The notes under the pieces were generated by a model that was not told where the DNA came from, did no database searches, and was given only the letters and a program-made list of their open reading frames with translations. Positions 17,356-26,853 of a stretch of 64,000 nt of DNA are shown here, in pieces; position 1 is the stretch's first letter; every line of letters begins with the position of its first letter. Location: the NCBI GenBank assembly GCA_024638815.1, contig JAHEJM010000010.1:939-64938 (forward strand), given 5' to 3'. The translations under genes and the position numbers were made by a program. This DNA is from Acidimicrobiales bacterium (GTDB lineage Bacteria > Actinomycetota > Acidimicrobiia > Acidimicrobiales > SZUA-35).

Positions 17356-19026
17356 ATGGCCAACATGACCGATTACGAGGAGGAACGTGCCTCGTTCACG
17401 CTCGAGGTGCCCGAGGTGTTCAATGCCACCCGGGACGTCATCGACGCTCGGGCCGAGTCCGATCCGGATCGAAACGCCCTGCTCATGGTGTCTCCCGACG
17501 GCCGGAGAGGCGACCCCTACACCTTCGCCGACATGAGGGATCGGTCCAGCCGGATCGCCAACGTGCTGGCCGACCTCGGGGTGTCCAAGGGGGATAGGGT
17601 CTTCGTGATGTTGCCGCGGGTGATCGGCTGGTATGACGTGGTGCTGGGGGTCGTCCGCCTCGGCGCCATCCCCATGCCCGGTACCACCCAGCTGACGGCC
17701 AAGGACATCGCCTACCGGATTGGTCGGGCCGAGGCCACGGTGGCCGTCACCGATGCCGACGGCATGGCCAAGGTCGACGCCGTGCGTACTGAGTGTCCGT
17801 CGCTGGTCCACACCCTGGTGGTCGGTGACGAGCCCGTCGCTCTCACCGGTGATGATGCCGGTGGCGGGGGTACCGGTGGCGGGGCATGGATCGACCTGGA
17901 GGCGGCCCGCCGGGCGGCGTCGTCGACCGCCCCCATGTCGCAGCCCACCCTTTCCACCGACCCGCTCCTCATCTACTTCACCTCCGGCACCACCGGCAAT
18001 CCGAAAATGGTGCTCCATACCCAAGCCTCGTACGGGATCGGGCATCAGATCACGGCCCGCTACTGGCAGGATCTGCGACCCGGCGATGTGTTCTGGGGGG
18101 TGTCGGATACCGGCTGGGCCAAAGCGGCCTGGTCGAAGCTGTTCGGCCAATGGGCGTTGGGGGCCACGGTGATGGCGTGGAACGCCCAGGGCAAACCCGA
18201 CTTTGGCCAGATGCTGCGTATGATCGTCGATCACGGGGTGACCGTGTTCTGTGCCCCACCCACCATCTACCGCAACTTCGTGGTCCAGGACCTGGCGGGC
18301 TACGACTTCTCGAAGCTGCGTCATTGCCTGGCCGCCGGGGAGGCCCTCAATCCGGAGACGTTCGAGTCGTGGAAGGTGGCCACCGGCACCGAGATCCACG
18401 ACGGCTATGGCCAGACCGAGACCGTGAACCTGTTGGCCAACTACCCGTGCATGTCGATCAAGCCCGGCTCGCTGGGCAAGCCGACTCCGGGCCTTGACGT
18501 GGCCATCGTCGACGCCGACGGGAACCGGCTCGGCCCGAACTCCGAGGGCGTGATCGCGGTCAAGGTCCGCCCGGAACGGCCCCCCTGGATCTTCAGGGAA
18601 TACTGGAGGGATGAGGAGGCCACGGCCGACGCCCACCTCGGTGACTACTACCTGACCGGGGACAGGGCGTTTGTCGACGAGGACGGCTACTTCTGGTTCC
18701 GAAGCCGGGACGACGACATCATCATCTCGTCCGGCTACCGGATCGGACCGTTCGAGGTGGAGTCGGTGATCATGGAGCACCCGGCGGTGACCGAGACCGC
18801 GGTGATCGGTGTGCCCGACGAAGTGCGGGGCGAGGTGGTGAAGGCCTTCATCATCCTGGGCCCGGGCCATGAGCCGTCGGATGAGCTGGCGACCGAGATC
18901 CAGAAGTTGGTACAGCGCCAGACCGCCCCCTACAAGTACCCCCGGCATATCGAGTTTGTGGCCGAGTTGCCCAAGACGGTGTCGGGCAAGATCCGCCGGA
19001 TCGACCTCCGCAACCGACCGGTGTGA
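17356..19026 (+). CDS. AMP-dependent acyl-CoA synthetase (medium-chain/ACSM-like)
   Basis: AMP-binding motifs IYFTSGTTGNPK, DGYGQTE, YLTGDRA and PKTVSGKIRR. The ATG at 17356 is preceded by GGGAGG. Confidence 0.85.
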   Translation: MANMTDYEEERASFTLEVPEVFNATRDVIDARAESDPDRNALLMVSPDGRRGDPYTFADMRDRSSRIANVLADLGVSKGDRVFVMLPRVIGWYDVVLGVVRLGAIPMPGTTQLTAKDIAYRIGRAEATVAVTDADGMAKVDAVRTECPSLVHTLVVGDEPVALTGDDAGGGGTGGGAWIDLEAARRAASSTAPMSQPTLSTDPLLIYFTSGTTGNPKMVLHTQASYGIGHQITARYWQDLRPGDVFWGVSDTGWAKAAWSKLFGQWALGATVMAWNAQGKPDFGQMLRMIVDHGVTVFCAPPTIYRNFVVQDLAGYDFSKLRHCLAAGEALNPETFESWKVATGTEIHDGYGQTETVNLLANYPCMSIKPGSLGKPTPGLDVAIVDADGNRLGPNSEGVIAVKVRPERPPWIFREYWRDEEATADAHLGDYYLTGDRAFVDEDGYFWFRSRDDDIIISSGYRIGPFEVESVIMEHPAVTETAVIGVPDEVRGEVVKAFIILGPGHEPSDELATEIQKLVQRQTAPYKYPRHIEFVAELPKTVSGKIRRIDLRNRPV

Positions 19027-19076
19027 GCGTCGGTTCGTTCCCTTGAGGGATTTGGGCCGGTAAGGCAGGATTGGTC

Positions 19077-20465
19077 ATGGCGTTGAGTGCCTTCGACCTG
19101 TATTCGGTGGGGATCGGGCCGTCATCGTCGCACACGGTCGGTCCCATGCGGGCCGCTCACATGTTTGCCACCGGTCTGGCCGACGACGGGCTGTTGACCG
19201 CCGTGGCCCGGGTCAGGGTCGAACTGTACGGTTCGCTCGGCGCCACCGGCAAGGGGCACGGCACTCCGAAGGCGGTCCTGCTCGGGCTCGAAGGTGAGGA
19301 TCCGGCCACCGTCGACACCGCCACCAGCGATACCCGAGTCGAGGCCATGGCAGAGAGCGGCCGGCTCGTGCTGCTCGGTCGCCACGAGATCGTCCTCCAG
19401 CCCGCCGACCTGATCCTCCACAAACGCCGGTCGTTGCCCGGTCATCCCAATGGGTTGACCTTCGCCGCGTTCGGGGCCGACGGCAGCGAGATACGGGAGC
19501 GCACCTACTACTCGGTCGGCGGCGGATTCGTGGTCGAGCGCCATGACGGCCCAATGCCAGCGCACCTCGACCGGCTCGTCGCCGATGAAACGCCGGTCCG
19601 GTACCCGTTCTCCTCCGCCGAGGAGCTCCTGGCCATCTGTGCCGAGGGCGGGATGTCGATCAGCGACGTGATGTTGGCCAACGAGGCCGCCTGGCGGACC
19701 GAAGCCGAGGTTCGGGAAGGCATGCTGTACCGCTGGAGGGTCATGGCCGACTGTGTCGAGGCCGGATGCAGCGCGGAGGGAATGCTCCCCGGTGGACTAC
19801 ACGTCCCCCGTCGAGCCCCTGCGCTGCACAAGCGGCTCGCCACTCAGGCCCGACATCGACCCGATGATCCGCTCAGCATTATCGACCATGTCAACCTGTT
19901 CGCACTGGCTGTCAACGAGGAGAACGCCGCCGGGGGTCGAGTGGTCACCGCCCCCACCAACGGAGCGGCCGGGATCATCCCCGCCGTGCTCCACTACTAC
20001 GTCCGGTTCGTGCCCGGGGCCGACGACGACGGCATCGTGCGCTTCCTGCTCACCGCCGCCGCCATCGGCACCCTGTACAAGATCAACGCCTCCATCTCGG
20101 GGGCCGAGGTCGGTTGCCAGGGCGAGGTCGGATCGGCCTGTTCGATGGCGGCCGGTGCCCTGTGCGAGCGACTCGGCGGCTCGCCTGCCCAGGTCGAGAA
20201 CGCAGCCGAGATCGGGATCGAGCACAACCTGGGCTTGACCTGCGACCCGGTCGGCGGTCTGGTCCAGATTCCGTGCATCGAGCGCAACGCCATGGCCTCG
20301 GTCAAAGCTCTCAACGCCGCCCGCCTGGCCCTGCACGGCGACGGCAGCCACAAGGTGAGCCTTGACAGGGCCATCAAGACGATGCGCGACACCGGTCGGG
20401 ACATGAAAAGCAAATACAAGGAGACGTCCCGGGGCGGGTTGGCCGTCAACGTCGTCGAGTGCTGA
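19077..20465 (+). CDS. sdaA: L-serine ammonia-lyase (iron-sulfur dependent)
   Basis: The N-terminal [22 protein letters not shown] is diagnostic. The alpha-domain [18 protein letters not shown] follows. Confidence 0.9.
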   Translation: MALSAFDLYSVGIGPSSSHTVGPMRAAHMFATGLADDGLLTAVARVRVELYGSLGATGKGHGTPKAVLLGLEGEDPATVDTATSDTRVEAMAESGRLVLLGRHEIVLQPADLILHKRRSLPGHPNGLTFAAFGADGSEIRERTYYSVGGGFVVERHDGPMPAHLDRLVADETPVRYPFSSAEELLAICAEGGMSISDVMLANEAAWRTEAEVREGMLYRWRVMADCVEAGCSAEGMLPGGLHVPRRAPALHKRLATQARHRPDDPLSIIDHVNLFALAVNEENAAGGRVVTAPTNGAAGIIPAVLHYYVRFVPGADDDGIVRFLLTAAAIGTLYKINASISGAEVGCQGEVGSACSMAAGALCERLGGSPAQVENAAEIGIEHNLGLTCDPVGGLVQIPCIERNAMASVKALNAARLALHGDGSHKVSLDRAIKTMRDTGRDMKSKYKETSRGGLAVNVVEC

Positions 20466-20550
20466 TGCCCCGGCCGGACAGATGACCGGCCATACCGGGC
20501 TACGCCAACCGGCCGGAGTGGACGCCGCCGACTCAGGGTCCTTTGAACCA

Positions 20551-21000
20551 CTATGGACGACGACCCCGGGCCGCTGGCAAGGCCGCCGCGCCGCAGTCCA
20601 CGCAGTGCCGGTCGCGCTCCTTCACCACCCGCTTCTGCCTGGCGGTCGGGTGGCGCCGTCGAGATGAGGCATTGATCGGGTGCCCTTCGGCGTTGTGGAT
20701 CAACGCCCGTAGGAAGGCCGGCGGGGCCACCCGCTCCACCACCGATCCCGGGATCGGGCTCCCATCGTCGAGTGTGCATCCATCGCCTCGAACATGCAGC
20801 ACGACCTCCAACACGCCGTCGGCCGAGCGGTCACCTCTGCCCGACTCCGCCATGGTCGCCATCGCATCGGCGTGCCGCTGAGCCAGTGACGGCCAGTCGC
20901 CAGCAGCTCGGCTTCGTTGTTCGGGGCGGCGAATCGGGTGAGAGTGCGGATCTTGCTGTAGCTCACCGTCTGCTTGGTGAACGCGTCCGCGGACGCGTCA
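20551..21000 (-). pseudogene. DUF222/HNH endonuclease remnant (frameshifted, truncated at both ends)
   Basis: One frame reads FTKQTVSYSKIRTLTRFAAPNNEAELLA (DUF222-like). The continuation lies in a second frame, ...[39 protein letters not shown]. It stops where the HNH motif should begin. Confidence 0.6.
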
Positions 21001-21001
21001 G
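20982..21001. repeat. Perfect 18-bp palindrome ACGCGTCCGCGGACGCGT (copy 1 of an identical 20-mer)
   Basis: Read directly. It is self-complementary. The identical 20-mer ACGCGTCCGCGGACGCGTCA recurs at 21220-21239. Confidence 0.9.
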
Positions 21002-21219
21002 GCGGCCGACGCCGGACCGGGGCGAAGAAGAAACAGCCGAAGAAGAAGCGAGGTTGGGCATGATCGGTCCGATCTCGTGTGGTTGTCGGACCACCCGGGG
21101 AACGAAGCGAGGGGCTTGGTCGAGCTCGCTCGACCAAGAATAACAATCTGCTGTGACAGTCAAGACCGAACCGGGCGGCGGCCGGGCGACATCTGCAAAC
21201 CGAAAGCCGGGCTCGGGGC

Positions 21220-21239
21220 ACGCGTCCGCGGACGCGTCA
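21220..21239. repeat. Perfect 18-bp palindrome ACGCGTCCGCGGACGCGT (copy 2)
   Basis: This 20-mer is identical to 20982-21001. It lies 95 bp upstream of the DUF1059 gene start. Confidence 0.9.
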
Positions 21240-21333
21240 ACCGATCTCACAGCCGACCCCATCCGTGAGTCACTTCCGACCCAACGGCGCCCCGGAATGT
21301 ACCGGTGTCGGTCTATCGAGAAAGGGGTCGATC

Positions 21334-21507
21334 ATGAAACAGTTCGCCTGCGGAACCGTGGTCGATGGATGTGACGGAGTGGTCACCGGGGAAACCGATG
21401 ACGAGGTTCTGGCTGCTGCGGCCAAGCATGCCGCCGAGGCCCACGGGATGTCGGAGGTTCCCGACGACGTGGTCGCCGCCATCAAGGCCGGGATCACTGA
21501 GGTCTAG
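21334..21507 (+). CDS. DUF1059 small protein
   Basis: 57 aa. MKQFACGTVVDGCDGVVTGETDDEVLAAAAKHAAEAHGM matches the DUF1059 pattern. An AAAGGGG RBS lies upstream. Confidence 0.7.
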   Translation: MKQFACGTVVDGCDGVVTGETDDEVLAAAAKHAAEAHGMSEVPDDVVAAIKAGITEV

Positions 21508-21586
21508 GTCCCACCGGCACTGACGCCAACCGCGGACGGAGGGCAACCCCCTGGACTTCTTGGTCCGGAGGGTCTTGACGTCGACC

Positions 21587-22927
21587 CTAGTAGTCGATGG
21601 CGGTGGATGGCTCGGTGCTCGGCCTGATTTCGTCGGTCCCGGCCGGGCAGATGACCCGGGCCCGAGTCAGGAACGGCAAAGCGCCGAGCTGGACCACGGC
21701 GGCGACGAGAAACGAGGCGCTGTAGCCGAGCTGATCGGCGACACGGCCCAGAGCCGGGCTGGCGGGAATCCCACCGGCGGAACTCACCAAGGAATCGACC
21801 GAGAGAACCGTGGCCCGGTGTTTGGAGTCGATCTGGGCGTTGAGGAAGGCCTGTCGGACCGGAAGTATGACGGCGAACACCACCGACCACACCACCAGGA
21901 CACCGACGGCGATCCAGAAGTTGTCGACCAGCCCGATGAGGGCGACAAGGCCGGCTCCGACTGCGGTGAGCACCATGATGAGGGAGGTCCGGCTGGTGAA
22001 CCGGCGGCGGACCATTGCCGAGGTCATGCCGCCCACCATCTGGGCCCCGGCCACGACGGTGGCGGCCACCGACGCCACCAGGTACGCCTCGTTGTCGCCG
22101 TACAACTCGAGGAGATAGGGCTGCATGGCGTAGAAGATGTACCCCATACTGGCGAAGGCGAATGCCCCGGCCAGACTCATCCATCGCACAGGGGCGACCT
22201 TCCAGCCGAACTCGATCGAATCTCTGGTGGTCTGGCCGACAGCCTTGACGAAACTCCCGGCGCCATGGGGCTCGAACCCGAGGTCGTGCATCGCCCGGTA
22301 GGCCACGCCGAACGTGGCGAACAGCAGGATTGCCCTCAGGAGGTAGGGCACACCGAGGTCGGTCAGCTGGGCCAGCACGCCTCCCAACAAGGTGCCGGTG
22401 AGCATGGCCCCACCAAGGGCGATCTGGCCACGAGCGAAGACAGCCTCCAGGTCACCCCTGTATCCGGTGGCGGCGAGGGCGTCGACCAGCCAGGCTTCGG
22501 TGGCGCCGGAGAAGAAGGTGTAGGCGATCCCGAAACCGAGGGTGGCCAGTGCGAACCAGATGAACCCGGCGCCCACGTTCCACAGGTACCAGTAGAACAG
22601 GGTCCCGACGGCGAGGGCGAAGGCCCCGATCAGATACGACAGGCGTCGACCCTTCACATCGGCGATGGCGCCGGTGGGGACCTCGAAGAACACGGTGCCG
22701 ATGGTCATGAAGGCGTAGACGGTGAACACCTCGGAGGCGCTGAGTCCGGCGTCGAGCAGAAAGAGCGCGTCGATCCCCCGGATCACCGAGGCGGCGAACG
22801 TGGCCAGGAACGTCAAGGTGAGAAACGTCCGGCGGACCTTGGCCGCATCCGGCGGCAGCTCGGTCTCGGTCAGCGCCTCAGTGACGACCTCGTCCTCGTC
22901 ACCGTGCCGGCCGAAGCTGTCTGGCAT
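21587..22927 (-). CDS. MFS transporter
   Basis: 446 aa with about 12 hydrophobic helices. The loop 2-3 motif is GAIADVKGRRLSY (MFS D-R/K-x-G-R-R/K). Confidence 0.85.
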   Translation of the reverse strand: MPDSFGRHGDEDEVVTEALTETELPPDAAKVRRTFLTLTFLATFAASVIRGIDALFLLDAGLSASEVFTVYAFMTIGTVFFEVPTGAIADVKGRRLSYLIGAFALAVGTLFYWYLWNVGAGFIWFALATLGFGIAYTFFSGATEAWLVDALAATGYRGDLEAVFARGQIALGGAMLTGTLLGGVLAQLTDLGVPYLLRAILLFATFGVAYRAMHDLGFEPHGAGSFVKAVGQTTRDSIEFGWKVAPVRWMSLAGAFAFASMGYIFYAMQPYLLELYGDNEAYLVASVAATVVAGAQMVGGMTSAMVRRRFTSRTSLIMVLTAVGAGLVALIGLVDNFWIAVGVLVVWSVVFAVILPVRQAFLNAQIDSKHRATVLSVDSLVSSAGGIPASPALGRVADQLGYSASFLVAAVVQLGALPFLTRARVICPAGTDEIRPSTEPSTAIDY

Positions 22928-22979
22928 TGGGCCAGCCTAGTGCTCGCCGACTTGACCGTGTAGGCCGACAGCCCGCACC

Positions 22980-23288
22980 TTGCCTGGCTGCTCACCCAAG
23001 GTCGAGATTGTGCGGATCTTCGAGGACGGCGACCATGGCTACGGCCACGTCGAGTACGACTTCGCCGAGGTCGTGACCGGCTTCGAGGTGTTTCGGTTCG
23101 AGGACGGGTTGGCCGTCGAGCACCGGGACAACCTTCAGCACAAACACGACGGGCCGAACCCTTCGGGTCACATGATGATCGATGGGCCTACCGACATCGT
23201 GGATCTGGGCATAAACGAGGCCAACCGGGCCCTGGTGCGCGACTACGTCCAGGAGGTGCTCATCGATCGAAACCTCCATCGGCCCTGA
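22980..23288 (+). pseudogene. SnoaL/NTF2-like (COG4922-type) gene fragment
   Basis: The fragment begins mid-domain (KVEIVRIFEDGDHGYGHVEY...FRFEDGLAVEHRDNLQ). It then runs into the N-terminal part of a second repeat (EANRALVRDYVQEVLI) and stops. There is no plausible ATG or RBS. Confidence 0.35.
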
Positions 23289-23414
23289 CGGTGAACTTGC
23301 CGTGGAGTATCGGCGCTGCCATCGAGTGCCCGCCTGACTTGCCCACCGCCTTCGGCTGGACGATCATGGTCGGCCGAAGACAACCACCGTTCACTACACA
23401 ACCTGGAGGGACCA

Positions 23415-24392
23415 ATGCGACCGTCAACTACAAGAGTGTCGGCAACCCGCCGACCTGCCGGTCGTACCGTGGGCAAGACCGTCCGCGCTGCGGCACTGAC
23501 CCTGGCCACGATTGCGTCGTTCCTCGGCGTGGCCGCAGCACCGGCCCACGCCGGGAAGTCGAGACTCACAACGGTGTCCTGCGGGCAAGTCATCACTTCT
23601 TCGGTTCGGCTCGGTAACGACCTCAAGGACTGCCCCGGCGATGGTCTGATCGTCGGTGCCAGCGATATCACCATCGACTTGAACGGACACACCGTCGACG
23701 GCAACAAACCCGTCGACTACGGCGGCGGGTACGGCATCATCGTCCGAGCTCCCCATCACGGGGTCACGATCAAGAATGGGACGGTCCAGGAGTTCTCGTT
23801 CGGGATCTGGCTCGATCTGAGCAACGGCAATCGCCTGCGGCGGATGAACGTGAACGGCAATCTGATCGGGGTCGAGGTCTCCACCGGCTCTTCCAACCTC
23901 ATCCATCGCTCGGTTTTCGATCACAATCGTGACACCGGTGTGCGGCTGTTCACCGCCGATCGAAACCGGGTTCAGCGCAACAAGTTCCTCGGTGGTCGCT
24001 GGGGCGTCTTGCTCCAGGTTGGTGCCGACAACAATCGGGTCCACAAGAACACGATCGTGGGGGACGAGACCTCAACCGATCGTGGCATCCAGGTCGGTTT
24101 GAACTCGAACCGCAACCGCGTCTCCAACAACCGGATCTCCGGTTTCGACCAGTTCGGAATCAACGTGGACGACGCATTCAGGAACGTCATACGTTGGAAC
24201 CGGTCCAATGAGAATCCTGGAGACGGCATTCGCATCGGCCCCGGTGCCGAGAGAACGACGGTGGCCCGCAATGTCGCCAACGACAACGGTGGGTGGGGAA
24301 TCGCCGCCTACTCGCCGGTTCGTGACCCCGGTGGCAACTTCGCCGAGGGGAACGGCCAGCCCGATCAATGTTTGGGGTTGGACTGCTTTTAG
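23415..24392 (+). CDS. Secreted right-handed parallel beta-helix repeat protein (NosD-like)
   Basis: Signal peptide with an RR-containing n-region and an AAPAHA cleavage site. Repeated units of about 22 aa carry N-x-I/V-x-x-N patterns (ITIDLNGHTVDGN, GNRLRRMNVNGN, RNRVQRNKF, NNRVHKNTI, RNRVSNNRI). Confidence 0.8.
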   Translation: MRPSTTRVSATRRPAGRTVGKTVRAAALTLATIASFLGVAAAPAHAGKSRLTTVSCGQVITSSVRLGNDLKDCPGDGLIVGASDITIDLNGHTVDGNKPVDYGGGYGIIVRAPHHGVTIKNGTVQEFSFGIWLDLSNGNRLRRMNVNGNLIGVEVSTGSSNLIHRSVFDHNRDTGVRLFTADRNRVQRNKFLGGRWGVLLQVGADNNRVHKNTIVGDETSTDRGIQVGLNSNRNRVSNNRISGFDQFGINVDDAFRNVIRWNRSNENPGDGIRIGPGAERTTVARNVANDNGGWGIAAYSPVRDPGGNFAEGNGQPDQCLGLDCF

Positions 24393-25702
24393 CGGACCGG
24401 GTCGATGAGCCGGTCGTTGCGATGCGACCAGACGAAGGCCACGGCGCCCAGTGCGGCGAAGGCAAGGCTGAGCCAGTAACCCCGGGGGACCGAGGCGAAC
24501 GAGTCGACCAGACCGTCGGTTCCCAGATCAACCTCAGCCAGCCGCTCCACGGTCCACAGCAAGGCCACGGCGGCCAGCGCCGTCGAAGCGACGATCACAA
24601 ACGGTTGGTAGAAGGGCGTACGGCGCAACAGGTACAGGCCGGGGAACAAAAGCAGGATCACCACGACCTGACCGATCTCGATGCCGACATTCCGCCCGAG
24701 AAGCGAAATGAGCTGACTCGAACGCGTCACACTGAGATCGGAGACCAGCGAGGCGAAACCCATCCCGTGGAACAAGCCGAACACGAACGACAGGATCCAC
24801 TCGCGGTTCGGCATCACCGGCTTCAACGTGTGGAGGGCGGCGGCGGCAATGGAGATGGCGATGGTGGCTTCCACGATCTTGGCCGGCGGCGTCGGTAGCC
24901 ATCCCATACCGGCCAGGGTGAAGGTGATGGAGTGGGCCAGGGTGAAGAAGGTGGCGATCTTCAGCACCCGCCACAACCCGGCGCCGAATCCGGCCAGAGG
25001 CTCCCACCGGTCGGTGAAAACCAGCACCGAGGGGATCAGCAGAGCCAGGATGAACAGGATGTGGTCCGGCCCGGTTTCGATGTGATTGACGCCTAGCGAG
25101 ATGCTCGATCGGAAATTCCCCCACCGGCCGTCGGCTCCCAGGTCGACAAGACTCTGTCGCTCATCGGCGTCGACGTTGACCAGCGTTTCCTTTGCCGTTG
25201 TGAACTCACCCAGCTCGAATCCGCCGCTGATCAACAGCAGGCCGTCCTTCCCGTCGACCTCGTCGAAGAAGGGGTCGAATCGGATATCGAGCGTCTGTGG
25301 GATGGTTGTGTGGCCGCCGGCCGTGTACTGGATGACGGCGAATGCGAGCTCGGTCGACCCTTCACGGAACAAGTCGACCGCCCCGAATTCGATCGGCCGC
25401 TCCCCATCGGCGGTCGAGATGGTGATGTGGTCGGCCAGGTAGCGGTGGAGGGTTTCGGCGTTGTCCCTCAAGGTGGCCTCGATCGCTACATCGTCGCCCG
25501 ACAGATCCAGCCCGAGCGCTTTCTCCACGTCGCCGATGGCCAACTCGGCCCGACCGTCGATGCCCGACTCGGTGACGAACACATAGAGATAGGGCTGGTC
25601 GGTGCTGTGAGCTCCGGCTGCCGAGGCCAGCGTGAACAGCAGCAGTGCGATCACGGAGATCCCTACCGGGCCGGTCCACCGTCGGCCGGGTAGCCGGTTC
25701 AT
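24389..25702 (-). CDS. HupE/UreJ family membrane protein with about 200-aa N-terminal extracytoplasmic domain
   Basis: A signal peptide ending AAGA|HS is followed by a soluble domain. Then come ISLGVNHIETGPDHILFILALL (HupE signature H-x5-DH) and FGLFHGMGFAS in a 6-TM core. The start ATG overlaps the upstream stop (ATGA at 25699-25702). Confidence 0.8.
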   Translation of the reverse strand: MNRLPGRRWTGPVGISVIALLLFTLASAAGAHSTDQPYLYVFVTESGIDGRAELAIGDVEKALGLDLSGDDVAIEATLRDNAETLHRYLADHITISTADGERPIEFGAVDLFREGSTELAFAVIQYTAGGHTTIPQTLDIRFDPFFDEVDGKDGLLLISGGFELGEFTTAKETLVNVDADERQSLVDLGADGRWGNFRSSISLGVNHIETGPDHILFILALLIPSVLVFTDRWEPLAGFGAGLWRVLKIATFFTLAHSITFTLAGMGWLPTPPAKIVEATIAISIAAAALHTLKPVMPNREWILSFVFGLFHGMGFASLVSDLSVTRSSQLISLLGRNVGIEIGQVVVILLLFPGLYLLRRTPFYQPFVIVASTALAAVALLWTVERLAEVDLGTDGLVDSFASVPRGYWLSLAFAALGAVAFVWSHRNDRLIDPVR

Positions 25703-26565
25703 GTCGATTCGGTCGAGCGTCGGCGGGCCAGGAACCATCCCGCCCCCAGAGCGGCCGCCACCAGAGCAACCGCCGGTGCCACCCATCCGAGCGATCCGCC
25801 TTCCTCCGATTCGTTCTCGCCCGCCGCTTGATCGTCCACTGCTTGATCGTCCACCGCTTCCTCGGCCGATGCCCCCTCGACCGCCGTCGCTTCGCCGCTC
25901 TCGATGGCATCTTCGATCATGTCCATCTGAATTTCGGCGTCACCTTCGGTCAGGTCGGCCGGGGCCTCGGCTCCCGGAGGCGTGGAGTACCAGGCCTGCA
26001 GCGGTGCCGCCATCTCAGGGAAGCTGGACGGGCGGTCACCAGAACGCTCGGTAGGGGTGAAGAACTCCTCTCGTTCCCCGATGGCGACGGAGAAGCGAGA
26101 CGGAGCAGCTCCGATCACGACCCCCCTGTATCGCCCGGCCTGGGCCGGTTCTCGGACCTCGGCCAGCGTGATGTAGGACGTTTGGCTGAATGCCTCGTCG
26201 AAGGCCTCTCTCATTGCGGGAGCAATCGTGGTGGTGGTGCCATCAGGTGCTTCCAGTTCGACGATCGGCAGCTCGGCGTCGGCCAAGGCCGACTCCGGCT
26301 CCAGATTCGGAATCAACAGGGAGATATAGAGTTCCTCACCGTCCCGGAGATCGAACTCGAATCCCCTAGTGTCGCCCGGTTCCAGCACCGACCCGTACAG
26401 AGCCCACGAGATGGCTCCATCCGGCATATACGGCCCGAGTTCGGGACTGGTTTGATCCTCCTCGATGAAGATTGGATCGTGAGCGGCCGCGGGGACCGCC
26501 GTCAACACGAGTGCGACCGCGGCCAATGCCACCGTCGAGATCACTCGGGTACGGAATCGTCTCAT
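25699..26565 (-). CDS. Secreted protein with C-terminal TM anchor, unknown family
   Basis: Signal peptide MRRFRTRVISTVALAAVALVLTAVPAAA|HDP. The C-terminal stretch is acidic with an AVDDQAVDDQA repeat. It ends in the TM anchor GWVAPAVALVAAALGAGWFLARRR. Confidence 0.6.
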   Translation of the reverse strand: MRRFRTRVISTVALAAVALVLTAVPAAAHDPIFIEEDQTSPELGPYMPDGAISWALYGSVLEPGDTRGFEFDLRDGEELYISLLIPNLEPESALADAELPIVELEAPDGTTTTIAPAMREAFDEAFSQTSYITLAEVREPAQAGRYRGVVIGAAPSRFSVAIGEREEFFTPTERSGDRPSSFPEMAAPLQAWYSTPPGAEAPADLTEGDAEIQMDMIEDAIESGEATAVEGASAEEAVDDQAVDDQAAGENESEEGGSLGWVAPAVALVAAALGAGWFLARRRSTEST

Positions 26566-26853
26566 GGCCCGCCAAATACCCATAGGGAAGTTGACGATAG
26601 CGACCACGGCGGATTTGTTCCAGGTGCCGACCCCACAAAGTCGTGCGACCGAAGGCGAACCGCTCGCAGCCCGTACAGCTTCGTCATGACCCGGCGGACC
26701 TTGACCCTGGGTGCGGTATGGACGGGTCGACGTTGGCCGTTGGCAACGTCGGGTTCGGAAACCCGATCTCCTTTCCGGTCGCCGGTTGTCTTGAACAAAC
26801 GACCTGACAACAACTGACGACGTTCGATACTTCGAACAGTGTCAGATATTGTC

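Noticed and set aside
17161-18948. 595-aa ORF antisense to the acyl-CoA synthetase.
   Set aside because: The plus-strand frame contains the full set of AMP-binding motifs. The antisense ORF is Arg/Gly/His/Pro-rich with no motifs, a classic high-G+C shadow ORF.
21560-22963. 467-aa ORF antisense to the MFS transporter.
   Set aside because: It is a shadow ORF with strongly Gly/Asp/Glu/His-biased composition. The minus strand encodes a coherent 12-TM transporter.
26566-26853. The long leader of the HupE-type operon, examined as a possible cobalamin or NiCo riboswitch.
   Set aside because: I could not find a B12 box (GCCACTG-like) or other conserved riboswitch cores when reading the reverse complement. 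A covariance-model scan would be needed to exclude one fully.
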